From a virus, in the IMG/VR virus record IMGVR_UViG_3300042402_002687, positions 7,826-71,825 of that record: a stretch of 64,000 bases of DNA, one strand, 5' to 3'. Positions 39,898 through 47,423 of this stretch are shown here, in pieces. The notes under the pieces were generated by a model. It made no database searches and was not told the DNA's origin. It saw nothing but the letters and a program-made list of their open reading frames with translations. Made by a program: the position numbers and the translations under genes. Position 1 is the first letter of the stretch. Each line of letters begins with the position of its first letter.

Positions 39898-40187
39898 TAT
39901 ATAACCTCCATGTAGAACTTAATCATGTTGTCACGAACAGTATTTTTATTCACCCATGAACTACCATTGTATTCCAAAATCTGTCCTGATGCTGGAGTCG
40001 TAATAGCCACATCAGTCAGGGCATCTAAATCTGCAGAGCCTCCACTGCTGAACTGGACAATTGTATTGGAACCGTTTTTGTAAAAAATCTTTCCATCGGC
40101 ATAGTTAAGCCCCAGCTCACCATGTTCAAGCGAAGCCGGGACTGCTGAAGCCGTTCCTGAGTTTTTGATTTTAATGGTGTTAGCCAT
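39897..40187 (-). CDS. Short fibre adaptor with Mtd N-terminal-like domain
   Basis: MANTIKIK...PASLEHGELGLN..DGKIFY; LDALTDV...GQILEYNGSSWVN fibre repeat. Confidence 0.65.
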   Translation of the reverse strand: MANTIKIKNSGTASAVPASLEHGELGLNYADGKIFYKNGSNTIVQFSSGGSADLDALTDVAITTPASGQILEYNGSSWVNKNTVRDNMIKFYMEVI

Positions 40188-40199
40188 TACTCCCTCCTA

Positions 40200-41288
40200 T
40201 CAGAAAGTTCCGCCATCCACTGTATCAGACCACGAAGGAACGCCTGCTACAACTTTAAGAAACTGACCTGCCGAGCCAATGCCAAGTTTTGCAAGGGTAT
40301 TTGTAGCAGAGGAGTAAACCAAGTCACCAGTTGTATAGGAGGTAAGACCAGTACCACCGTAAGTTGCGCCAATTGCTGTGCCATTCCATACACCAGTTGC
40401 AATGGTTCCAACTGATGTCAAACTTGAGCCTGTGACACCTGAACCCAAAGTTGTTCCAGAAAGAACTGAAGTTCCGGCAATTTGGAAACTCTTGGTGGTG
40501 AGAAGATTTAGGTGTTCTGAAGATGTCCATGCATCTGTTGCATCAACCCAATTAAGAGTCTTATCTGTTGCACCCTTGATTGTGAAACCAGCACCGTCTG
40601 CAGTTGTGTCTGTTGGTGTATCAACATTTGCAAGAACAATATTCTTATCCTCAACAGTTAAAGTTGCGGTATTAAGGGTTGTTGTATTACCATTAACAAC
40701 AAGATCTCCAGTAACTGTAAGAGTATTAGAGATTGTAACATCAGCTGGAAGGCTAATTGTTACCGCCCCAACACCAGAGTTGGAAACTGCAACTTGATTG
40801 GCTGTGCCAGTAAGACCAGTTACAAGGTTTGTTGCTCTGTCACTAACTTGTGAAGCAGTGATGGAGATTGCTGTATTGCCAGCAGCAGTCAGGCGACCAT
40901 CTGCTTGAACAGTGAAGGTACCGACTGTGCCTGCACCGCCATAAGAACCAGCCGTTACTGCTGTATTGGTAAGAGAAACTCCTGATACTGCGCCATCAAC
41001 ATAAGCCTTGGTTGCAGCATGCGTGTTTGCGGTTGGTGTTGGAACAAGAACAAGACCACTAAATGTCTTATTCCCAGTTACCGTCTGTACTCCTGAAAGT
41101 GTGAGGTAAGCACCTGCACCAGCAACTGCCTCAACGGTTGTAGCAGTTCCACCTGCTCCACCTGTCCCTTTACCGTAGTAGAGGACATCATCTACTTCGT
41201 TATATGCAAGTTCTGCATTTTCCAGAGAGGCTGGCGCTCCAGCTGCTCCTCCAGAAGCCCTTCTTTTGATTCTAATTGTATTAGCCAT
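40200..41288 (-). CDS. Fibre protein with Mtd N-terminal-like domain
   Basis: MANTIRIKR...PASLENAELAYN; HAATKAYVD, QTVTGNKTF, YGGTG fibre motifs; GGAGG RBS; ends DGGTF. Confidence 0.75.
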   Translation of the reverse strand: MANTIRIKRRASGGAAGAPASLENAELAYNEVDDVLYYGKGTGGAGGTATTVEAVAGAGAYLTLSGVQTVTGNKTFSGLVLVPTPTANTHAATKAYVDGAVSGVSLTNTAVTAGSYGGAGTVGTFTVQADGRLTAAGNTAISITASQVSDRATNLVTGLTGTANQVAVSNSGVGAVTISLPADVTISNTLTVTGDLVVNGNTTTLNTATLTVEDKNIVLANVDTPTDTTADGAGFTIKGATDKTLNWVDATDAWTSSEHLNLLTTKSFQIAGTSVLSGTTLGSGVTGSSLTSVGTIATGVWNGTAIGATYGGTGLTSYTTGDLVYSSATNTLAKLGIGSAGQFLKVVAGVPSWSDTVDGGTF

Positions 41289-41289
41289 T

Positions 41290-41565
41290 TTAGTAATTAC
41301 CTCCATCAAGTAATGTATTTGCGATTGAGTGAACATGATCTGCTCTACTTGCAACCTCAAGAGTTCCGCTATTTGCGGCTCTTGCAATGTCCAATGGCGC
41401 TGCATTTGACATTGTTAAGATTCTTTCTAATGTTATTGTTGCTGGAGTTGCGACAAGTGTTGTTACATCTCCATTGCTGACTACAACTGATGTAATATCG
41501 CTATTTGATACAGTAATGTTGGTTACATCACCTGTCAAAACTTGCAGTGTTGTTATATCAGCCAC
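41290..41565 (-). CDS. Small virion/fibre adaptor protein
   Basis: DIT/DVT 10-aa repeats, ASRADHVH, ends DGGNY. Confidence 0.6.
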   Translation of the reverse strand: MADITTLQVLTGDVTNITVSNSDITSVVVSNGDVTTLVATPATITLERILTMSNAAPLDIARAANSGTLEVASRADHVHSIANTLLDGGNY

Positions 41566-41893
41566 GACTTACTTCTCCAATAACTGTTATTTTACCTCCC
41601 ATTAAGGTTGTAACAGTTGATCCATTTGTTTCTTCAAGATCATAATAGTATATACCAGTATTTATATTCGAAGTTGTGCCAGATGATAATGTGATATTAA
41701 GTGTTCCAGCAGCAGCATTACTAATGGTTGTTGTGAATGTTTGTATAATTGTCTCAGAAGATTTTGTTTTTCTAATTTGAGCTCTATATGTACGACCAGA
41801 TATATTAATAGCAGTATTGGCGCTATTTTTTATTCGGACTTCATGAGTATATGAATCCCCTTTATAAATTGATATATCTCTTATGCCAGCCAT
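41558..41893 (-). CDS. Ig-like (BppU N-terminal-like) virion protein
   Basis: IYKGDSY...AQIRK...GIYYYDLEE...GKITV. Confidence 0.65.
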   Translation of the reverse strand: MAGIRDISIYKGDSYTHEVRIKNSANTAINISGRTYRAQIRKTKSSETIIQTFTTTISNAAAGTLNITLSSGTTSNINTGIYYYDLEETNGSTVTTLMGGKITVIGEVSRG

Positions 41894-41895
41894 AT

Positions 41896-41991
41896 TTAGC
41901 AGTCACAAGTCTCACAACCACAGCTGCACTGTTCAATACAGTCGCAACCGCATTCGCAAGATTTGTTTCTTCCTTTATTCAAATCTTCCAT
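41896..41991 (-). CDS. Metallothionein-like Cys-rich mini-protein (31 aa; not in ORF track)
   Basis: MEDLNKGRNKSCECGCDCIEQCSCGCETCDC*; TAATG overlap with the upstream stop; ends 2 nt before the next ATG. Confidence 0.8.
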   Translation of the reverse strand: MEDLNKGRNKSCECGCDCIEQCSCGCETCDC

Positions 41992-42521
41992 TATGCACCC
42001 GGCTTTGGCAACGCTCTCCAAGCTGCTTCAAACTTTGCAGCATCCTTTGCCATTTCTGGAGAAAGCTCTAAATGCAACCACTTTCCGCCGAATGACCCGG
42101 CATTGTCGGACTCACTAAAAATTTTGACCCCTGCCTCGTTTTCTCCTCTTGAGCACCTGAAGCCGCGGCCATAGCCAACATTCTTGTCCGACTTGTCAGC
42201 ATCATATGCATAGTCGTGAATCTCCTCAATGCCAAGTTCTTTGGTGTACTTAATAAACCAGTTCCACATCTCAACACCAACCTTGCGGTCCGTGTAGCCA
42301 ACATCGCATGCGGCTCCGGTTGCGTGGACTGATAGGAATTTCTCCATGCCTGGGTCGCCAATTTTCTTGCCTTCGGTCTTAGAGTTTCTCATCAACCTGG
42401 CGGAATACACGCCCATGTTTGTTGCTTTCCATCTTTTTCCACAAAGCTCAACGAGTTTTAGCGTTCCAGGCTGTGCGCCTTTTCCGTCAAAACTAGGATA
42501 ATACGAATACTTTCTTGGCAT
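41991..42521 (-). CDS. Endolysin, zinc peptidase (M15-like)
   Basis: R...SVHATGAACDV (HxxxxxxD) and WLHLE; next to holin-like genes. Confidence 0.75.
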   Translation of the reverse strand: MPRKYSYYPSFDGKGAQPGTLKLVELCGKRWKATNMGVYSARLMRNSKTEGKKIGDPGMEKFLSVHATGAACDVGYTDRKVGVEMWNWFIKYTKELGIEEIHDYAYDADKSDKNVGYGRGFRCSRGENEAGVKIFSESDNAGSFGGKWLHLELSPEMAKDAAKFEAAWRALPKPGA

Positions 42522-42709
42522 TATTTTACCTTTCCAAATGCTGAATCATTAGGATTCAGGTAGCGCATAATGACAGGAAGAGCCGCAGCCCATAATGCAT
42601 TTGCAGCCATTTTTACATCACCAGTTGATGCGTATACAGCGACAGCAGCTCCCAATACGCTTCTTGCGTAGGATGCAGCCATTGCCTTTTGTGCTTCAGT
42701 AATTTTCAT
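42521..42709 (-). CDS. Holin-like protein
   Basis: ASYARS..., two hydrophobic segments, RYLNPND..FG tail; AAGGAG RBS. Confidence 0.7.
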   Translation of the reverse strand: MKITEAQKAMAASYARSVLGAAVAVYASTGDVKMAANALWAAALPVIMRYLNPNDSAFGKVK

Positions 42710-42754
42710 ATAATATATCTCCTTTGTGGATAACCACTATAAGTCAATTATACC

Positions 42755-43003
42755 TTAGATGTCATTTTTAGGCTGAGTCTTCGAGCCGTTAAAAATTTCA
42801 TCAATCTCGTCAAGGTCTAGTTTGCCATCGTTAAGGAAGGCTTTGGCAAGACCTTCAACAACTTTAGCAACTCCTCCAATTCCAGCCATCAGGATGGCTT
42901 GAGGTAAATTAACTCCAGCAATAGAGCCAGCGCCAATCACGCCAAGACCCGATGCACCAAATACGGCAAGTATTCTTAATAAGATATTTTTTGTATTATT
43001 CAT
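42755..43003 (-). CDS. Two-TM membrane protein (holin-like)
   Basis: Two Gly/Ala-rich TM segments and DGKLDLDEI tail. Confidence 0.65.
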   Translation of the reverse strand: MNNTKNILLRILAVFGASGLGVIGAGSIAGVNLPQAILMAGIGGVAKVVEGLAKAFLNDGKLDLDEIDEIFNGSKTQPKNDI

Positions 43004-43174
43004 TTAGTCTTCATCCTTTTTAATTAAAACACCAAACATGTGAACAACAAATGCGGTTATTGTTAACCACAATCCATAAGTTTGAGTTTTTCCAGATAAT
43101 GTAATTAAAACAATTACACCTCCGGATAGTGTCCATGCCAAAGCATGGAGTTCGTTTAAGATTTTTTTAAACAT
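43004..43174 (-). CDS. Small two-TM membrane protein (56 aa; not in ORF track)
   Basis: MFKKILNELHALAWTLSGGVIVLITLSGKTQTYGLWLTITAFVVHMFGVLIKKDED*, exactly filling the gap with a TAATG overlap. Confidence 0.75.
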   Translation of the reverse strand: MFKKILNELHALAWTLSGGVIVLITLSGKTQTYGLWLTITAFVVHMFGVLIKKDED

Positions 43175-44868
43175 TATTTTCTCCTTGATCGGCTACTACC
43201 CCGATCTGTGTTACCAGAACCACCGCCTCCCGATGGTCCACCAGCACCTCCACCCGATGGTGCAGGACTACCTCCAGAGGGCATAGGAGCCGTTGTAATC
43301 ATTGTTAAAGTAGTTGTTACAGCAATGAGTGCTCTTCTTGCTTTTACATCTATTTCAGAACCTGTAGGGACATAATCATCAAGACCTTCTCCGAAGATGT
43401 CAATCTCTCCCTCAAAGGCTTCTTTAATTTCAGTTGGGGCATCGGTAAGCGTTTCAACAAGAGCAGCTTCTTCTGCTAGAGTAAGATTCTCAACAGCAAT
43501 TTCTTGGAAGATTTCTGTAGCCTGATCTGCATCAATACTCTCCAAAACCTTTGCGCTTGTAGCAAGGTCGGTTGCCTGATCTTCTGTAACACCAAGTTCC
43601 AAAACACTGTCAACAGCATTAGACACTTGTTCTTCAGAAACAGAATCTGACTCTAAAATTCCAACAACCGCTTCAAATTGTTCATCTGACAACGGCGTAT
43701 CTAATACAGAGTCAATAACTGATGCAAATTTTTCATCCGAAATTGGCTCATCAAAAATAGAATCAAGGGCAGCAGAAAATTGTTCTTCAGATAACGGCTC
43801 AGAAAAGACTGCATCGACAGCAGCTTCAAATTGGTCTGCACTTAGTTGAGATGTATTGTCAAAGACAGCTTCTACTGCAGCAGAGAAGTTTTCGTCAGAC
43901 ATAGGCCCATCAAACACTGAATCAATAACTGTAGAAAACTGCGAATCAGTTAAGTCTTGACCAAGGAGGGAGTTAACCACTGCCGTAAGTTCTTCAGGAG
44001 TTCCGGCATCTGCTACTAAGCCATCAACAGCATTTGCAAGGTTTGCATTAGTTATAGGTGCATCGAAAATATCATCAACCGTTGCGTCTATAGTTTCTTG
44101 AACCTCTTGGGGAACTTCAATTGTTGGCGTTGGGTCTTCAGGAATTTCAACAGGTGTTGTATCTATTTCTGGAGTAGAAACTGGAGTTTGGTCCAACTCA
44201 GGAATTGAAACAGTGGTGTTTTCTGTTGGAAGTGTTTCAACAGGAGGCGGAACAACCTCCTCAACAGTCGTTGTAGTCGTTTCAGGCTCAGGTGCTATAG
44301 TTGTTGTAGAAGTTGTAGTGGAGGTTGTAGTTGAAGATGTTGTTGTGGTTGGCACCACTGTCGTTGTGGTTGTGGATGTTGTGGTGGTCGTTGTAGAAGT
44401 TGTGGTAGTTGGCTCTACAGTGGTAGAGGTGGTTGTGGTTGATTCCACTGTCGTGGATGTTGTGGAAGTGGTCTGAGTAGACCCAACACCATTGAAGCTC
44501 AGTTCATACCGCAAGTTCCACCCTTGATTTGTATGCCAAGCATCAGGGTTTCCACAGCAAATACCAGCCCTTAGTCTGTAACGACCAGCAGGTACTTCCA
44601 TAGAGATGTACGACTGCAAGCCAATGGAGTCGTCAATGCTATAAAGCAAAGTTCCTGCTTCGTTGTATAGCCACAACATCGGGTCTGAGTTATACCCAGT
44701 AATCATATAAGTTTGCGCTATAAACTGTGTTGTCTCGCTGTAATCAAACCAAACATCTGTTGGCTCTGTGATTATTAGGTTTTCAGCCTTAGCGGGGGAT
44801 GCAAAAATAGAAATAAAAATTAAAGGTATTAATACCCAAGAACCTTTTTTAAATCTTAATTGTCTCAC
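43174..44868 (-). CDS. Secreted/surface protein: signal peptide, beta domain, Thr-rich stalk, acidic ~18-aa repeats
   Basis: MRQLRFKK-hydrophobic-AKA signal; TTTSTT tract; repeats of DSVFDxPLSDEQFxA; basic C-terminus. Confidence 0.75.
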   Translation of the reverse strand: MRQLRFKKGSWVLIPLIFISIFASPAKAENLIITEPTDVWFDYSETTQFIAQTYMITGYNSDPMLWLYNEAGTLLYSIDDSIGLQSYISMEVPAGRYRLRAGICCGNPDAWHTNQGWNLRYELSFNGVGSTQTTSTTSTTVESTTTTSTTVEPTTTTSTTTTTTSTTTTTVVPTTTTSSTTTSTTTSTTTIAPEPETTTTTVEEVVPPPVETLPTENTTVSIPELDQTPVSTPEIDTTPVEIPEDPTPTIEVPQEVQETIDATVDDIFDAPITNANLANAVDGLVADAGTPEELTAVVNSLLGQDLTDSQFSTVIDSVFDGPMSDENFSAAVEAVFDNTSQLSADQFEAAVDAVFSEPLSEEQFSAALDSIFDEPISDEKFASVIDSVLDTPLSDEQFEAVVGILESDSVSEEQVSNAVDSVLELGVTEDQATDLATSAKVLESIDADQATEIFQEIAVENLTLAEEAALVETLTDAPTEIKEAFEGEIDIFGEGLDDYVPTGSEIDVKARRALIAVTTTLTMITTAPMPSGGSPAPSGGGAGGPSGGGGSGNTDRGSSRSRRK

Positions 44869-44892
44869 CTAACAATAATACTTGATTATTGA

Positions 44893-45225
44893 TTAAGCGA
44901 CATACTCCACACCACTAATAGTATAAGTTGCTGTTGACACACTTGAGCTTACATAAATAGAAGCACCAGCGTTAACAACAACTGCTGAATCGTAAGATAT
45001 AGTTTCTCCACTAAGAACTGAAAAGTTGCTTAACACTTTATTGTTTGCACCAGCAGAACCACTTGCTGGAATAAGATGAACATTGCAAAGCAGTGTGCTT
45101 GCACCTGTGTTGCAAATATTTATATTCTTCACAATTGCATAGCTTCCAACATTGGAGCTTAATGTGTAAACATTAGCTGCGCTATCGCTACCGATATAAA
45201 GAGTTTTGGGAGTTAAGTTAGCCAT
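44893..45225 (-). CDS. Small beta-sandwich virion protein
   Basis: VYTL...IVKNINICNT...ETIS...ISGVE; paralog of 39538-39897. Confidence 0.6.
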   Translation of the reverse strand: MANLTPKTLYIGSDSAANVYTLSSNVGSYAIVKNINICNTGASTLLCNVHLIPASGSAGANNKVLSNFSVLSGETISYDSAVVVNAGASIYVSSSVSTATYTISGVEYVA

Positions 45226-45569
45226 TAGAACCTCATCCAAGCAAGAATGCTTGTGTCATTAGCCACAGTGTTCATATACTGAATTGTGGTTGCATCTAGC
45301 ACATGATCAACGATTTCACCCGCTGTATGCGCTATTGCACTTGTTGAATCATAACCTCTTGAAGATACAGTAAAAGTATTTGCTGATCTTGAAGAGCAGA
45401 GAATTTTTTCTTCTGCTGCGGTTCCTCTTCCAATTACAATTACAAAAGGGTTTAGAGAACCGGAGGGGAATGTACTTCCATCAATAACTACAATTGATGT
45501 TGCTGAGTTGGATACATTTGCTGTTAATTGTGTTTTTAAAACACCACCAGCGAATTCTCTTCTTAACAA
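45225..45569 (-). CDS. Virion protein with an RG..T.A..H beta domain
   Basis: Same domain occurs twice in the 9924-13811 tail protein. Confidence 0.6.
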   Translation of the reverse strand: MLRREFAGGVLKTQLTANVSNSATSIVVIDGSTFPSGSLNPFVIVIGRGTAAEEKILCSSRSANTFTVSSRGYDSTSAIAHTAGEIVDHVLDATTIQYMNTVANDTSILAWMRF

Positions 45570-45582
45570 AGCAACCCCCTAA

Positions 45583-45966
45583 TTAGTTAATAGAAATACT
45601 TAGGTCGCCTGAGCTAACTCTAAGAATATCTCCTGCATCAAGTGATTTGTTTGCAGTTAAAGGACCATATACAAGAATATTACCACTTGTAATTGCATCG
45701 CAAACTGCAATTGCAACAACCGTACAAGTAGGCATACCGTTGAAGTCAATGTCTGAATCATTCGTTGTTGCACCTGAAGAAGCAGCATTGAATGTTGCTA
45801 CTTTTCTAGCATAGGAGCCACCACTAACCTCTGTTCCCGCTGAGGAATCGGTAGGAGCGGCTGTGTAAAGAGCCAAATAAACCGTTGATGGTTTCGTATA
45901 AGTCGTTGTGCCAAGAAAATGATCAAGAAGTTTAACCTCAAGATAATCGCTTAAATTTCCAGCCAT
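45583..45966 (-). CDS. Virion structural/decoration protein
   Basis: LSDYLE.KLLDH...VYLALYTAAPTD...EVSGGSYAR motif common in phage structural proteins. Confidence 0.65.
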   Translation of the reverse strand: MAGNLSDYLEVKLLDHFLGTTTYTKPSTVYLALYTAAPTDSSAGTEVSGGSYARKVATFNAASSGATTNDSDIDFNGMPTCTVVAIAVCDAITSGNILVYGPLTANKSLDAGDILRVSSGDLSISIN

Positions 45967-45969
45967 AAA

Positions 45970-46290
45970 TTAATCCTCCTTAGAAGCCAAGTACTCTTCA
46001 AGTTCAAGTACATCTGGCATTCTAAAATTTTCAAGAGTTAGGAGGAAAGCGGCTTGCTCCTCTGTAACTTCTTGGATACTATCTTCTCTTGTAAAAAGAA
46101 GACCATTACCGCTATATGCAGCTCCACTTTCAAAAATAATAACAACACGATTATCGTTTACTGTTGCAACTTTCTTTTCTACTGGTTTTGCTTCTTTTGG
46201 CTTGGCAGCAGCCTTTTTCGCTGGTGCCTTTTTTGCCGGGGTTTTGCTTGCATCATTAACTGATGTTGAAGTAACAATATTTTCACTCAT
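45970..46290 (-). CDS. Hypothetical protein with Lys/Ala-rich linker
   Basis: PAKKAPAKKAAAK; follows the capsid gene. Confidence 0.65.
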   Translation of the reverse strand: MSENIVTSTSVNDASKTPAKKAPAKKAAAKPKEAKPVEKKVATVNDNRVVIIFESGAAYSGNGLLFTREDSIQEVTEEQAAFLLTLENFRMPDVLELEEYLASKED

Positions 46291-46325
46291 AACAAATATC
46301 TTATCATACTTAACTATAAAATGCG

Positions 46326-46352
46326 AAAGGGAGGGGATATTTCACCCCTCCC
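46326..46352 (-). terminator. Intrinsic terminator after the major capsid gene
   Basis: GGGAGGGG-TGAAATAT-CCCCTCCC followed by TTTCGCATTTT. Confidence 0.75.
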
Positions 46353-46375
46353 AATCACAAATTTCTAATTACTAA

Positions 46376-47407
46376 TTACAGTGAACGAAGCTTGACATTC
46401 TTACCGATTACATATGAATCAGCATTTTCAATGTTGCTTGCAACTCTCATGTACTGAGTATATTCAATCGTGTCTGTCTTTGGCTTGAACTGACGGTACA
46501 CAGTAATGTCACGGTGGATACCAATAACACGGTTCTGCGGGAATGTAAGTTCAATATGACCATGTGATCCTGCTGCACCTGAGTAGTCACCAGTAACGGT
46601 TTCTGGCATCAAAGGAACTTCAATCAACGGAATACCGAATGGTGAAATACCAGTTGAACCAGGACCACCATTACCACGCATTGCGCCCTGAAGGAAAGCC
46701 ACATCACCGGTTACTGAACCGGGAGATGGTGCGCCTGCAGTTGCGGCTGTTGCGGAGTTTGGATTACCCAAGCTATAGATGGTGTCTTGAACATTGCCTG
46801 AACCAGAGAAGAATCTCAGTTCATTTCTGCGCTGGAGATACTTGGTTGGCATATTGCGAAGGATACGATCATAAGTAGCTCTTGAAACCTGATTACCAGC
46901 CTCATCGACTACACGACCATTTGTCTTAGCAAGCTTAACGAAGCCATCAAGTGCCTTAAGAAGACCATTGTTTGACGATGTATTACCATTGATGAACAAA
47001 TCGTCAAGGTCGTTAGCTGTTTGACGAGCCATAACCTGTGCGATGTGATCTTCAAGAGATGCACCTTCAATGTTGTCTTCCAAAGACTCAGTGCTCAATG
47101 CCCAGTCAAGACGAAGCTTAACGGTTGACAATGAAACCTTGCTGAATGTTACAGCGGCATTTGCACCGCTGTCTGTTGCCTCTGTTGCCTTTGAAAGCAA
47201 GCGAGTGCCTACGGAAACCTTATCGATTTCCATTTGTGGTGTACGCATACGAACGACTCTTGCGTTCTGCATAAGTACAGACTGATCAATAACAAAATCG
47301 AGGAATCGATTTGACTGAGCTGGTTTCATCAAACCACCTGAATCATTACCTACAACCCCAGTTGTTACTTCGTCAGCTTTTGATAGAATTTCTTCTTGTG
47401 ATGCCAT
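46376..47407 (-). CDS. Major capsid protein (HK97 fold)
   Basis: GGLMKPAQSNRF, LEDNIEG, DLFINGN, ALDGF; follows protease; GGAGG RBS; downstream terminator. Confidence 0.92.
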   Translation of the reverse strand: MASQEEILSKADEVTTGVVGNDSGGLMKPAQSNRFLDFVIDQSVLMQNARVVRMRTPQMEIDKVSVGTRLLSKATEATDSGANAAVTFSKVSLSTVKLRLDWALSTESLEDNIEGASLEDHIAQVMARQTANDLDDLFINGNTSSNNGLLKALDGFVKLAKTNGRVVDEAGNQVSRATYDRILRNMPTKYLQRRNELRFFSGSGNVQDTIYSLGNPNSATAATAGAPSPGSVTGDVAFLQGAMRGNGGPGSTGISPFGIPLIEVPLMPETVTGDYSGAAGSHGHIELTFPQNRVIGIHRDITVYRQFKPKTDTIEYTQYMRVASNIENADSYVIGKNVKLRSL

Positions 47408-47423
47408 TTTGTTTTTCCTCCTA

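Noticed and set aside
41851-42174. Plus-strand ORFs 41851-42174 and 41883-42071
   Set aside because: Antisense to the operon; the gap is better explained by the coupled Cys-rich minus-strand ORF
44213-44476. Val-rich plus-strand ORF and gttgtg-type repeats
   Set aside because: Antisense of the Thr-rich tract in 43174-44868
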